A program made the translations under genes and the position numbers. Shown in pieces: positions 12,214 to 26,141 of a stretch of 64,000 bases of DNA. The notes beneath the pieces are model-generated. The model worked only from the letters and a program-made list of their open reading frames with translations, ran no database searches and was not told the DNA's origin. The DNA comes from Octopus vulgaris (lineage: Eukaryota). The stretch is taken from positions 106,640,001-106,704,000 of the forward strand of contig OX597818.1 of assembly GCA_951406725.2 (NCBI GenBank). Reading direction: 5' to 3'. Every line of letters begins with the position of its first letter. Positions within the stretch are counted from its first letter, which is position 1.

Positions 12214-13185
12214 GTGCAGTGGTATGACCCTGAAACGACGTACAATGTGATTGCCAAGTGAACTCCTTAACTCTACAGTAATGTTTGCGCTGTAATGATC
12301 TTTCTTTCTTGCAACAGAAAGATCTCGTGGTCACCCCATACCGGACAATATATTATTCCTCCTGGAAAAATAAAATGTTATGTCGACTTTGATAGATTTG
12401 AACTCAATGTATTGAGAAAGGAAATAAAATACTGGCTTTTAAGGTTGGCAGATAAGATTGTACAATTTTGGTGGAGATGAGAGAGTCGGTTAACGTTATA
12501 CTCACTGCGTATTTGATAATAATTTCAAGGAAATCCGAGCAAGGAAAGCTGCTAAACTGAGAACATAAAGAGTCACAACTAAATATTGATTTCTAAGTTT
12601 GGCACCGAGCCACAGATTTTGGTGTTGGGGTGAAACTACTTTAATCAACACCAGTACTTATTTCGTACACTTCACAGAATTGGGTGGGGATTCAGAACAT
12701 GGAAGAGCATAATTTTATAGTGATCCCTTTCATTGGTACCAGACTACGACTTTGTTGGGGAACAGTTGTAATTGACTGCATCCACCTTAAACGCTTTTCA
12801 TGTCGATTCAATGGAGAAAAGGAAAAACTCGGCGACTACAGTTTCAACTTAGAAAATAAAAGGTGCAGGGCTGTTTACCATAAGTAGATGTCTACTTCTT
12901 CATATAGTTATTGTATTGGTCGATATAAATGTAGACGTTGTGACCCGATAAAGCATCAGCTTTTGGTGGGGAATCGAGTATAGTTACTGGAACAAGTTCA
13001 TCAATCAGGACGAGATTGGAAGCAATTTGACTCCTGCAGAATTTGAATTCTTTTAGGATTTGAAATGGCGAGTCTCTAAATATGGAAAAATTTAAAGCAT
13101 CATTATTGAGTTCTTTACTGATAACATCATTATCAGCATCACATTCCTCTTATTAAGTAATCACAGAGAAAATCAATAGTTTGTC

Positions 13186-13234
<49 letters not shown>

Positions 13235-14682
13235 CAAACACGTGTAACGACTAAAGAAATCGAACTCATTATCGTTGAAAATTAAGGGCTACGTTTATTG
13301 ACTGATGCAAGCATGGAGACTTATATACGGGACTTAATTTTTTTTTGTCAACAATTCGATGAGCGTTACATGTCTTCAACTGTACAAGTTCAGTGCGTGT
13401 GGCACCATCAACAACATTGTTGAAGATTTAAGTGGAACTGTTAAAGTGGGCAATGGACCGAGTTTGTTACTTCAGATGGTACGAAGCAACTTTATGAAAA
13501 CAGAGTAATATATTTAGTGCGACTTAGTAATATTTAGTGATATATTTAGTTATACAGTCAGTGTGAGTTCTTAATGTCTGGTATATTTAGTTATACATTT
13601 AGTATAAGTGATAATTTGCATATTTAGTAATATATTTAGAGTGATTAAGTAATACTTATTATATCAATAATAAATTCAGTGTGAATTAGTAATGCATCTC
13701 ATCATTGTTGCTCTGTAAACTCGCAAGATTCGATACCTAATCAATTATGTCTCTCAGACATATACCGTAGTATTTATAAATATAAATATACTGTTATTTG
13801 TGTACCGTTGTAAATGTAGCGGGGGCACTGTATAGTCGTCGACTGTTTTGTATCCTACAGCTCTTGGTGGTCACTGTACATTGGAGAGATCCAGTATCTG
13901 AAGACGAGATCGAAACTGACTGCTTTCAGAACAGTTGCTAAGCCACGATGGTCCAACCCTATCGAAAGCTTTTGATTGATCCAAGTTAATCAGAGTCCAA
14001 TAAAGTCAAGTTTACAACCGATCGAATTACCTCTTCTAATTTAATCCCTAATTCCCCCTCTAATCTATTTTCCTCTCTCGCTATTTTTCTTTACTAAATC
14101 TTACTGATTCTACACTGGTCGCCCTCTTCAGAATGCTCTACCAGCAATTTTTAACGCTTCTCCCTGTCCACTGCAGCTTAACTAAAATGCTTATCCGGTG
14201 TCTGGGATTTATGCACCGAAAAAGACGTTTCAGCATTTAGTAACTTGTTCCCTGGCTAAGAATCCTATCCGAACCCACTGGACACATTGCAAATTAATGG
14301 TGTGTGTAGGCGAAAGTTTGAAACGTAATAATTATAACTTACAACTATAAAAATAATATTGATAACTTATAAGAAAAACAGAGGCGCAAGTCCACACCAT
14401 CTTTTGGGTTTGGTCGAGTGCAGGGGATTCAATCGACGTGTTTTACTTTCTTTACCAGTCATCCATTTAATTTATCGACCTCGGTTGGAAGAAAGATAGC
14501 ATTTAACTTGGTCGTATATGAACTCAAAAATTAATTTCAAATGAAGCAAATGGATTAGATACATAAGTTTAAAAGAGCTGACTGGAAAGACAACCTGAAA
14601 TTAGCTTTTTGTATGGACTTCTTAAAACACACACACACATATACACGCAGTCTCTCTCTCTCTCTCTCTTATATATATATAT

Positions 14683-14925
14683 TGTCCCAAAACACATCAA
14701 AGAAGAAAAAGGATCCCATCACCTTTAAACGGGATGTGAACAAATTTCTTCAAAGAATACCAGATAAGCCACCTATACCTGGATACAAATCTCTCAACAA
14801 GAACTCCCTACTCGAATAAACCATGATACCACAAAACTTGACGTAAAAGAATTTAGATAATCCTATCAGGCGGTGCTATTAAGTTAGACATGGTCAGGAC
14901 CAATCTTTGGTCGAAACATATCTAA
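14683..14925 (+). mobile_element. 3' tip of the CR1-like LINE family also found at 52.8 kb
   Basis: Encodes KDPITFKRDVNKFLQRIPDKP; matches 54060-54275; flanked by (TA)n. Confidence 0.75.
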
Positions 14926-14929
<4 letters not shown>

Positions 14930-14970
<41 letters not shown>

Positions 14971-15141
14971 ATATATATGTATATATATATGTATATATAT
15001 GTATATGTATATATATGTATATGTATATATATGTATATGTATATATATATGCATATGTATGCATATGCATATGTATGCATATGTATATATATGTATATGT
15101 ATATATATGTATATGTATATATATGTATATGTATATATATG

Positions 15142-15176
<35 letters not shown>

Positions 15177-15287
15177 GTATATATGTATATGTATATATAT
15201 GTAAATGTATATATATGTATATGTATATATGTATATGTATATATGTATATATATGTATATATATATATATGTATATATATGTATATA

Positions 15288-15338
<51 letters not shown>

Positions 15339-15451
15339 GTATATATATGTATATATGTATATATATATATGTATATATATATATGTATATATATATGTAT
15401 ATATATGTATATATATATGTATATATATGTATATATATATGTATATATATG

Positions 15452-15482
<31 letters not shown>

Positions 15483-15581
15483 GTATATATATGTATATAT
15501 ATATATGTATATATGTATATATATATATGTATATATATGTATATATATATATGTATATATATGTATATATATATATGTATA

Positions 15582-15622
<41 letters not shown>
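14930..15622. repeat. ~700-bp (TA)n/(TATG)n microsatellite array
   Basis: Direct reading of the sequence. Confidence 0.95.
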
Positions 15623-15626
<4 letters not shown>

Positions 15627-15724
15627 TCCCTGTCTCTCTCCGCTCCTTTACATAAACGCATTCACGTTGATTCCGTGATACACGTAAATAGTCTAACACA
15701 CACACACACACAAGATATTATGTA

Positions 15725-15959
15725 GAGTAATCCCTCGCCATATCGCAGTTCACCTATCGGGGTTCACCTATCGCGGTTTATTAATTTACCTTACGTCGAT
15801 TCCTCCGTGTTGTTTTGCATTTATGATAAAATAAATATATACAAATTATAAAAAATAGTAAAAAAAAAAATATAGTACAGTACTGTTTCTACTTCACGGA
15901 TTTTCACCAATCGCGGGAGGTTTTGGAACGTAACACCCGCGATAGACGAGAGATTACTG
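15725..15959. mobile_element. pogo/Tigger-type MITE
   Basis: TIRs GAGTAATCCCTCG and CGAGAGATTACTG, with TA on both sides. Confidence 0.75.
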
Positions 15960-15968
15960 TATCAAGCA

Positions 15969-16013
<45 letters not shown>

Positions 16014-16549
16014 AGGGAGGGAGAAAGAGAGAGAAAGAATGACTGAGAGAGAGAGCGAGAGAGAGAGAGAGAGCGAGATGATGAACTCCACACCAAGATT
16101 CCTTAATTACTCCGAATGTAGCAGTGACGCCAGTGCTTCCTCCTCTGTACAGCGTCACCTAGCAACGTCCAACATGGATTCCATCCAAATCACTTTCTAC
16201 TCTGTGTCTAAGACACGGAGATGGAGAATGTGAGAGAGCGAATACAGACTTTTGCTTTTTATCTCACTGATTTCTTCGGAATAGTCAAAGATTACATTTT
16301 CTCCCTTCCTCAAAAATAAACAAATACCTTTACCTAGATGTGTGTGTGTGTGTGTGTGTGCGAATGTGTAGATGCATGTGCGTATGCATGTATGTGCACC
16401 GATACTGGTAAATGTGAATGTATGTAATATATATATATATAAGGCTCATGTAGGTATGTATGTATACGTATGTAGGTACATACATACATATGTATGTGTG
16501 TGTATCTATCTATCTATACGCAACACACACACATATATATATACACATG

Positions 16550-16623
<74 letters not shown>

Positions 16624-16627
<4 letters not shown>

Positions 16628-17064
16628 GTGTTCAAAAAGTCTCTCCGCAGTGAAATTTTTAGTGAACGGATTATTTCGAAGGACTTTGGCCACCATGATC
16701 ACCTGATTTAACACCGCCAGACATTTTTTATCTGGGGAGCAAGTAATGGATCAGCTTACAAGACTCGCTCGAAAACCATTAATGAGTGAAAAGACGCAAT
16801 CATAACCTTCACACGGTCCATAACGCACCGGATTCTCCAAGATGAATTTCAAAACATGTGTAGAAGAGTCACCCTTTGTATTGAAAATGAAGGACGACAC
16901 TTTCAACACCTCTTATAATGTTTTTTTTTTTTAAAGTCTTGTAAAGTCTAACATATTCTTTTGTAGTTTTATACCATCCTTTAAATATTTAGCAATAATA
17001 ATTCTCTAAAAATATTTATTTTGCAATAAAATACTCACTGCGGAGAGACTTTTTGTACACCGTG
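16624..17064 (+). mobile_element. Non-autonomous Tc1/mariner deletion derivative
   Basis: ~30-bp TIRs CAGGGTGTTCAAAAAGTCTCTCCGCAGTGA and TCACTGCGGAGAGACTTTTTGTACACCGTG; internal remnant WPP*SPDLTPPDIF. Confidence 0.85.
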
Positions 17065-17091
17065 TGTGTGTGTGTGTGTGTGTACATACAT

Positions 17092-17203
<112 letters not shown>

Positions 17204-17278
17204 ATTCTTTTACTCTTTCTTTCTATTACTTGTTTCAGTCATCTGACTGCAGTCATGCTGGAGCATCGCATTTACTCG

Positions 17279-17327
<49 letters not shown>

Positions 17328-17331
<4 letters not shown>

Positions 17332-17820
17332 TCATCATCATCATCTTCGTCGCTTAACGTCCGTTTTCCATGCTGATATGAGATGGATGGTTTGACTGAG
17401 GTCTGGAAAGCCAGATGGCTGCACCAGGCTCCAATCTTGATCTGGTAAAGTTTCTACACCTGGATTCCCTTCCTAACGCCAACCACTCTGAGAGTGTAGA
17501 GGGTGCATTTTACGTGCCACCAGGACAAGAGCCAGTCAGGGGAGTACTGGCATCGGCCACGTTCGATTGGTACTTTTTATGTACTACCGGTACGGGAGTC
17601 AGTCAAGTGGACCTGGCATTGACCACGTTCGGATGGTGCTTTCTACGTGCCACCGGCACGGGAGCCACTCAGGGGGCACTGGTCATAGTTACGATATTGG
17701 TTTTATTTGACCCAACAGGTCTTCTCAAGCATATCATATCACCTGATGCATCAAGGGTATTCTTAACAGGGCCAGACATGCGTTGCTGCGATCTCACTTT
17801 CGTTGCCGGGACTTCTCAAG
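17328..17820 (-). mobile_element. 3' tail of an RTE-type element with (GAT)n end
   Basis: Reverse complement of the family at 26780-27260. Confidence 0.7.
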
Positions 17821-17919
17821 CATATATATATATGAGGAATTCTATTGTCGTGAACGACAAATGAGGCTTCAGTAAAATAAAGCGTTAATCATGTTCTATG
17901 CACACGAATGTGGATCTTG

Positions 17920-18540
17920 AGGCCTGCTGGTGCCTTGCAAACCTTTTGGCAAATGGAACAAGTCGAGGATTCAGTTTGCTTAAGTGCTTGTGGATCATTC
18001 ACAATGTGTTTTCTCGAGTGGACGGTAAGACCTGCTTTGCTTCATGCTACAAAATCACAATGACATTTAAGGTTTCCATTTAGAGGAGCAGCGTTTTGCC
18101 AGAGTGCCTTCATGCTTGCGTGGAATTGCTCTCGATTTTGGAGTCGACTTGGCTCAAATCCTGCGTTTTGAAACTTTATTTTCTCAGGAAGGAAAGAGAA
18201 TGTTGTATCGCTTCAGACTGTCTTTTAGTTTGTTTTTGAAGCGCAAGAATGGCCTTCTAACTGACCTTCCATTTGAGAATTGGCCAAAGAGAAGTTGCCT
18301 CGGAATTCTGATATCATTCATACGTGAGAGATGACCTGACTATCGAAGTTGCATTTTGATGAGGATGGCTTCAATACCTACGTTGCATTTTGTAAGTACC
18401 TCACTGTTACGAATATGGTCACTCAGTTTTATGTGGGAGATAATACGCAAGCATCGCATATGAACGGCATCAAGCTGGTTGATGTCCTTTCTGTACAGAG
18501 TCCAAGATTTAGCACCATAAAGCAATGTCGTCAAATCATA
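17920..18540 (-). mobile_element. RTE LINE fragment
   Basis: Encodes TTLLYGAKSWTLY..LDAVHMRCLRII..QLR. Confidence 0.8.
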
Positions 18541-18974
18541 CGATGATTTCCTGAATGATAAAACGTGGGATTTCTTCGGTAACTCTTATAAACTGACAAG
18601 GTAAGCCAGTTTAACCCTAGGCCCCAGGTAAAAGCCACTGACGAGCATTAATCAAATACAAAATCACAGGTGATCTGGCTATGTCCCGCAAGGTGTAAGG
18701 AGCTTGCCTCCCTTGTCAGTCATAAGATAAGTGCTTTAGCGTGGATAAGAGTTGTTTTGACTCTTATTTCTAGCAATGCTGAAGCTAACTAGTACTCTTT
18801 GTCACTTTTCTGACGTCTCTCTCTCTCTCTATTATGTGTGTGTGTTTATATAACAGTTATGTAATGCATGATAGGTACCTGAAGAGTGGGCCAAAAGAGT
18901 CCTTATTAAACTATCAAAGAAAGATTTGAGCAACTGCCAAAACCGGAGGAGAATAACACTTTTGTGAACACCGG

Positions 18975-20220
18975 GTAAAGTACTGTGCTTAGTGTTGCTG
19001 TTCTGGTTGAAGTTTGCTCTGGATGTAAAGCCGAGAGAGCAAGAAGCCAGATTTCGACCCAGCAGATCGTGCTGTGTGCAAATATTCACACAGCGCAACA
19101 TCGTAGAACAAGGCATGGAACATCAAAGACCACTAATAATAAACGTCATTGATTTCAAAAAGGCATTTGACGGTGTGCATAGAGAAGCCCTCTGGAAGAT
19201 AGCAAAAGTGTATGGAATACCAAACGATTGCATCAGTCTGCTGAGCCGTTTCTACAACAACTCAAGCTTCTGCATTAGAAGAGAATATGGATAAACTGGT
19301 TTTCTTAAGATCGTCGCTGGTGTATCTCTTGTCACCGATGTTGTTTCTGTTGGTCGTCAATTTTGTTATGCGAATTTCACAGGTTGGACCGGCTGTAGGC
19401 ATACCGTTCGACGGCAAGGGACTGGCTAACAGGCTTGCTTTTTACCGATGCTCTGTTGGCAGAGAATTGTCCGGCATTACAAAAAATGACAGCGAAAATG
19501 GAAAGGGAAGCGGCAAAGACTAGGTTGAGAATTAGCAGTCAAAAAATGGTAATGCAAGTTGAAAAAAATGGTAATGCAAGTTGAGAAACAAGTAGAAAGT
19601 ATATGTGAAAGTTGGACAAGAACCAGTTGAAGAAGCTATAAGCTTCACATATCTGGGAAGCATAGTGACAAGCAATGGCAATGCAGAGACAGATGTAAGC
19701 TGCAGAATTGGCAACACAGTGGCAGTATTTAGAAGACTGACAACACTTTGGTGTAACAACAACATAAGTGTAGAGCTGAAGATTCATTTGTACAAAACAG
19801 CAATACTGCCAGTAGTGATCTATGCAGCTGAGACCTGGAAGATGACAGCAAAAATCGCCCTCCAACTCGATGTATTTCATTAGCGGTGTCTCAGAAAGAT
19901 CCTAAGAATCACATTTCGGGACAGAGTTTAAAATGAAACCATTCGCCAAGCAGCAAAAGTAAGGTCACTGCATGAAATTGTAACCGAACGATGAATGAGA
20001 ATAGTTGGACACACACAAAGACTGCCATGGGTTGGATGCCTCTGTAACGTAAGAAAACAAAGATGCCAGCCAAAGACGACATGGCGTAGTACCTTCAAAG
20101 AGGACCGACGCAGACTGAAGATCACCGGGGAAAAAGCATACTGGTTGGCCAGCGACGGAGATAATTGATGATTATTCACTGCTTGGTATGCCGCTCAAAG
20201 ACACCAATGGACCTAAGTAG
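18975..20220 (+). mobile_element. RTE LINE fragment (pseudogenised RT)
   Basis: Encodes IDFKKAFDGVHREALW, SPMLFLLV, FTYLGS and IYAAETW; several frameshifts. Confidence 0.85.
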
Positions 20221-21393
20221 AAGAAGAATGTTTGTGTGTATGTGTGTGTTGTTCTTATATAAGAATGTTGTTGACAGTGCCTCGAAGTTTCGTCCAGTTG
20301 AGCCATCGTCGGTCTTCGCTTCGTGTTAGTCTTGCTTTTATATGGTCTCTGTTGAGTTAAAACCCTCTTCGGGTATGTGGGTTTGAGTGGGATGGTAATT
20401 AGGTTTCTTTTACAGTCGGTTGTTCTGGAAAACCATTTTAGAGAACATTTTATTGATTCCATTTGGAGTTGTGTTATTGTTTAGAATTTATTCGTGTAGA
20501 ACTTTGTAAACAAGCTTGTAAGTGTTTCTCTTTTGTTAGGTTGGCACAAGATGTGACAATACTTTTGTTGCTTTTAGCATTATTGTATTGAATCCTTTTG
20601 CTTTGACCACATAAAGGTCAAAAGGTACAAAGTCCAGTATTTAAGCCCTTAGTAAAAGGATGCGTCAACCGTCTTTTCGTGTTTTTTTTTCTTTTCAAGA
20701 ACCTTAAAAACAACAGGCAACTGCTATACCACGGTCACTTTTAATTTGTGATGATTATCACCTCAGTTTCAAAGTCTTGGCGTCACAGATATGACTAATT
20801 ATTCATTTAGGTTAATTAGGCAAGATTTCGACCCTTTCCGTAACCATACAAATTATCATATTCCTTAAAAATGTTCTCCCAAATTTCACAAATGAGGAAT
20901 CAAAATGTTTCTTTTGGATGCTCTCCTAGAAAAATCATTATAGCAATTACATTTAAATATTTTCGAAAATTCAGAGTGATCCCTAATGCAAGCAAACTGA
21001 TATAACCCTTTATATTATGTTTATTGTTTATTATATTTTTGATCCCATTTTTATCCATGAATATTTACACACCTTCTATATCAGCCTTGCCGTAGCATAT
21101 ATGTCCGGAGCAAAATTTAAAAAAAATTTATAAACAAACACCAAACAAACTTTACCTCCACAAACAAGTTTAAAATCCTTGTATACTACGACGATAGCTT
21201 GGCAGGACGAAGCTTCAAAGTCACTATCAAAAACATTCTTGCTTAAGAACAAGAAATTTGTACTCTATAAAAAGCATAGAGCAACCCAACGGGTTAATGT
21301 AGATTTTTAAAATTATAACTGAATATAAAAACAAACATGAATGTGTGTGTGTGTGAATTGAAGAAAGAGAAAGAGTAACGTTTTTTCAGAGAG

Positions 21394-22985
21394 ATGGCCA
21401 CACTAGTCTGTAAAAGATATAGGCATGGCAGGATCATTAAACACGTTGTAAACGATATCTATCCAGAACCACGGCGTGGATTTCGCTCTGGTCTTGGCAC
21501 TATTGATATCATTTTTCCTTCAGATGGGTTATGGAGAAGGTACGTGAGAAAAATCAAGAGTTTTATCTTGATATTTGTTGACCTTACTAAGGCCTTTGAC
21601 ACTGTTAACCGACCAGCAGTTGGGAAAGTTCTGAAAAAGCTTGGTATATCTGACAAGATGTTGAATGTTATCATCTCCTTTCATGTAGGAATGAAGGCTG
21701 CTGTCGTGTCCGGTGGTGAATCTTTAGCTTCCTTCGACGTTACAAATGGCACAAAGGAAAGTTGTGTTATGGCCCCTGTTTTGTTTGCACTCTTCAATGA
21801 TGCTGCGGTATGCGTTTGGCGACATACAAAGTGGTGTCAAATTCCAGTTTTGAACAAGTGGTGGACTATTCAATCATCACCGTTTCAAAGCAAGAACACT
21901 ACCATTCACCAGTATCATTCCTGATATACTTTTTGCAGATGATGCTGCACTAGTAGCGACCTCTTTAGAGGAATCTCAGGAATTTCTAGACCGGTTTTTC
22001 TGCTGCATGAAAAGCCTTTGGTTTGACCATCAGCATAAAAGAAGACGGAAGTAATCCACCAACTTTGCCCTACTCCGAAACAAATTCGAGGCGTCAAGCA
22101 GAGGCCACCGGTTCACAATTTTCCTGACACTCCAACACAGGATGATGGGAAAAACCTAAATCATGTGAAGTCTTTTACATATTTTGGTAGTAAAGTGAAT
22201 TTGAGCGCTTCTCTTGATAATGAAAACGTCAACCGCCTTGCAAAGGTAAACTCCGCTTCTGGTAAACTCCGTCATCGCCTAGGGAATGAAAGGGGCATCA
22301 AATTTTACACCAAAGAGCAGGTCTATAAAGCTGCCATTCTTACTACTCTCTTGTATGGCTCAGAATCGTGGATACCCTATAGACGACACATAAACCAACA
22401 AGACATCTTCCCCAAAAACTGTCTGAGGATAATCTATGGTTATTCACTAAAAGACAGAGTTTCTAATGCCGACTTGTTTAGCAAGTTTAAGATTGGTGGA
22501 ATTGAGAGCTTCCTTATACAATCACAATTGTGCTGAGCTGGCCATGTTGTCAGAATGAGTGACGAAAGACTACCCAAAGTCCTCATGTACAGCCAGCTTG
22601 AGAGTGGACACAGGAATGTTGGTCGACCATGGCTCAGATATAAGGACAAGCTGATTAGTAACCTCTTAGTGATGAAGACAGCTCACGATACCTTTGAACG
22701 AACAGCATTGGTACGAACAAAATGGAGATCTCTGTGTCAAAATGGTATTAAAAACTTTGTTGCTCCCAGCATGAACAGGCTTCGGAGTGCAAGGCAAAGG
22801 AGGAAAACGGCTGCAAATATACCACTTACATTGACCTGTAATCCTCAAACTTGCAACATTTGTGGCCTTCTTTGCAAAGCGTTGGCAGGTTTAAATGTCA
22901 CATTCAACATTAGCATTATGGCTGACAAAGTAAGAGTATTTTGTCGGAGCCTCATGTGTCGACACCGACGGGAGAGTCCATCATA
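21394..22985 (+). mobile_element. RTE (BovB-like) LINE fragment
   Basis: Encodes FVDLTKAFDTVNR, MAPVLF, FADD, LLYGSESW, RLPK and a C-terminal CxxC. Confidence 0.85.
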
Positions 22986-23152
22986 TATATATATATATGA
23001 TGGACTCTCCCGTTGGTTTCGACATATGAGGCTCCAATGATGTACTCTTACTTTATATATATAAAGTAAAGGCTATTTGCCAACATAATGTCGCTATTCT
23101 ATATTTCTAATTTTGCGCATGTGCATTGTTTGTTTTTGATTTTGTTGACTAC

Positions 23153-23908
23153 ACAGTATGGTAGGGTCATGTGGGCACCTTCTGTGAGAAAACCAGCACT
23201 ATGATGCTGTTCACACTGCCAGAAATTTGGAAACGACATGCTGTACTGCTCGGCATTTTCGCCAGAAGCTCCAATACGAACAGATGGTGAACACACAAAA
23301 CACCTGTTGGCTTGTCTTGTCCCCAAAACGTGATAAGAATCGAACAACCGATCAACATCATGGTGTTTGGATTGATCACAAGTGATCCATTCTTCTTTCC
23401 ACACGGCCTCAGACTCAACACGGAGGCCTACATCAAGTGCCTGGAGGAGGTAGTGCTGCCCTGGGTCAAGTGGGTGGTTGCTGAAAGACCCTTTATCTAG
23501 CAACAGGACTCTGCACCATTCCACACAAGCAGGGGAACCCAGTCATGGCTGTCAAACAATTTCTGCGATTATATCAGCCCTAAATCCCCAGAGTGCAACC
23601 CCCTTGATTATTATGTGTGGGGTGCAATGAGTGAGACACCAACAAAATTCCTTGTAACACCAAAGAGGAATTGAAGGCAAGGATTATGGCAGCATTCACT
23701 AACTTAAACAAGGAGACCATCCAGAAAAATTGCAGGAGATTCCAAAGTGGTCTGGGAACCGTGATTGAAGCCAATGGCGATTTTATTGAATAAATTTACT
23801 CTTTTGTATTTCAAGATATTTTTATGTAATTTTGGTAAATATATCCGTTAAAATGAGATGTCAGTGTTATTTTCATTTTTGCGTAATTTAGACGACAATA
23901 TATTCACT
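23153..23908 (+). mobile_element. Decayed Tc1/mariner-superfamily transposon
   Basis: Encodes MVFGLITSD, QQDSAPFH and ECNPLDYYVWG remnants. Confidence 0.75.
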
Positions 23909-23972
23909 GCACTCTGTCTATGTAACACTTGGATTCGATCCCATGTTTTGCCATATAGAAATCACAAGTCGA

Positions 23973-24012
<40 letters not shown>

Positions 24013-24729
24013 CAGGTCTAACCTGGTGGTAACTAAGGCAGCAGGCTATTTTATAGTTTTGCCATGTCATAATGTTATATACATCTTCACATTTTATTCC
24101 TAGTTTCCCCATCTTTCGGCATCATGCCAACTACCGCCTCTTGTGTTATTTGTTCCACCTATTTATGATTTAGTGTAAATCTAAACCACCGTATCAACAA
24201 TGTTATGTATTTTTCCAGAAGAAACATAAATAAAAATATCCCGTGAACTTCTAGCTCTTGTACATTCGACATAAACTTGGCCATGAGAGAAGCAATGTTC
24301 TTCGAATGGTAGCCCAGCAACAGATAAAGTTCCAGGCATTTATTTAAAGACATGGCAAAAGCCGAGTTTTACTAGAAACACCAGACTTTTGAATACTAAA
24401 GGTATTTCTGTGTTAGATAGAATGGAGGGCATTCTGCGAATGTAAACGCATCTTCTCCCATAAAAACAACCAGAGGACAGAGGCTCGTCTAATCTAGCAA
24501 TGGAATCAATCTACAGACATTATTTTGGATCATCAAGCACCCAGAAACAGCTGTTGGACTCGTAATACTTTTCTTCAACCCCTTTTATTCTTTATATCAT
24601 TTCTGTTCTGTGTAAGTCGGACCTTTATTTTTTTTATTCAAACATAAATAAATTTCTTGTATTCCATATTTTTTAATATACTTTATATTTTGATCTGTCT
24701 AACTTACTTAGCCTTACGTTAATTTACTG

Positions 24730-24882
<153 letters not shown>

Positions 24883-25052
24883 TAAATGAAAGAATGGAGT
24901 CGAACGAAGATGTTTTCCATGCTGACGATAAACATAGGATAATTCATTCACCTACTTATATATATATATAATAGAAATATTAAAATAACTAAGTTTCTCT
25001 AAAAGAGAACAGCGGCAGCGTTCCCGGAAAATAATAGTTATCGCCATACTAC

Positions 25053-25094
25053 GCTGCATTGAAAAGGGGCAATACTCCGAAACGCGTCTGTAGC
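25053..25094 (+). ncRNA. Minimal type I hammerhead ribozyme, U3-A8 core variant (copy 1)
   Basis: GCUGCA-UUGAAAA-GGGG(CAAUA)CUCC-GAA-ACGCGU-C-UGUAGC; 6-bp stem I, palindromic stem III, GUC site at 25086-25088. Confidence 0.75.
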
Positions 25095-25414
25095 TGCCGG
25101 TCAAGTAGTGTGGAGCGACTGACCTCCCTTGTTCGAAGGTTATATGGATACAGTTTGTGTATCAAATAGCTAACTTAAGGCGATGGCCTCATGGAGCTAA
25201 TAAGCGGACAGCTTTTTTCTTATTTTTATAAGAATGCCATATTAGTATGGCGATAACTATTATTTTCCGGGAACGCTGCCGCTGTTCTCTTTTAGAGAGA
25301 CTTAGTTATTTTAATATTTCTATTATTGAAAACAAGTGGATGTATTCCACCGAAACTAGGTAAATAAAACCATCGAACAGAGATTGTCGGAAGCGACACC
25401 TACTGGCTGGCTAC

Positions 25415-25456
25415 GCTGCATTGAAAAGGGGCAATACTCCGAAACGCGTCTGTAGC
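25415..25456 (+). ncRNA. Minimal type I hammerhead ribozyme, U3-A8 core variant (copy 2)
   Basis: Identical to 25053-25094; GUC site at 25448-25450. Confidence 0.75.
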
Positions 25457-25626
25457 TGCCGGTCAAGTAGTGTGGAGCGACTGACCTCCCTTGTTCGAAG
25501 GTTATATGGATACAGTTTGTGTATCAAATAGCTAACTTAAGGCGATGGCCTCATGGAGCTAATAAGCGGACAGCTTTTTTCTTATTTTTATAAGAATGCC
25601 ATATTAGTATGGCGATAACTATTATA

Positions 25627-25666
<40 letters not shown>

Positions 25667-25733
25667 ACCTCGTGTGTAGCGTTGGCGATTTTTTTCCTCT
25701 GTTTTCCCTTCTCTTGACATTTCCTTCTCCTAT

Positions 25734-25768
25734 GTTTCCGACGAAGAGCTCCGCTCGAAACGTTAAGC
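25734..25768 (+). ncRNA. Minimal hammerhead-like motif in a pLTR-like fragment (about 25667-25870) within (TA)n
   Basis: GUUU-CCGACGA-A-GAGC(UCC)GCUC-GAA-ACGU-U-AAGC; U4C core change, ACGU palindrome as stem III. Confidence 0.55.
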
Positions 25769-25946
25769 CCTCCTTCTTTCCTTCTTTCCTGAGCATCCAA
25801 TTATACCATATTTGTTCCACGTCCTCGCGTTGTTGTGTTTTTTTGTGCTTTCTTGTTTGGATTAACTTTATATATATGTGTGTGTGTGTGTCTATGTATC
25901 TGTGTGCATTCATATAAATGTGTGTATATATATATATATATATACA

Positions 25947-25985
<39 letters not shown>

Positions 25986-26021
25986 TCATATATATATATA
26001 TACATAGCTCGATGCCTTTTA

Positions 26022-26141
26022 ATGCTTACAGCACCTAGGTTTCCCAAGCGGTCACCCATCTAAGTACTAACTAGGCTCAATGTTGCTTAACTCCGGTGAT
26101 CGGACGAGAACCGGTGCTTTCAACGTGATATGGCCGTAAGC
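26022..26141 (-). rRNA. 5S rRNA: 5S rRNA gene copy (probable dispersed pseudogene)
   Basis: GCTTACGGCCATATCACGTTGAAAGCACCGGTTCTCGTCCGATC...AGTTAAGC...GTACTTAGATGGGTGACC...GTGCTGTAAGCAT, about 120 nt; helix I GCUUAC/GUAAGC intact; no downstream T4 terminator. Confidence 0.9.

Larger units (their letters stand above)
24969..25624 (+). mobile_element. Non-coding Penelope pLTR / retrozyme-like module in (TA)n
   Basis: 83-bp inverted repeat (24969-25051 vs 25243-25325) plus an apparently identical 214-bp direct repeat (25049-25262 and 25411-25624, period 362); (TA)n on both sides. Confidence 0.8.

Noticed and set aside
13895-13975. CTGAAGA ... GAAAGCTT hammerhead-like pair
   Set aside because: No convincing stem I or stem II closure.
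14894-15725. Long ORFs of 230-272 aa (YIYI...)
   Set aside because: Translations of the (TA)n/(TATG)n microsatellite. The same applies to the poly-V, ERER, HTHT and SLSL ORFs throughout the window.
20273-20317. Minus-strand CCGACGA..GGACGAAAC motif near a possible decayed Penelope region
   Set aside because: Stems I and II do not pair adequately.
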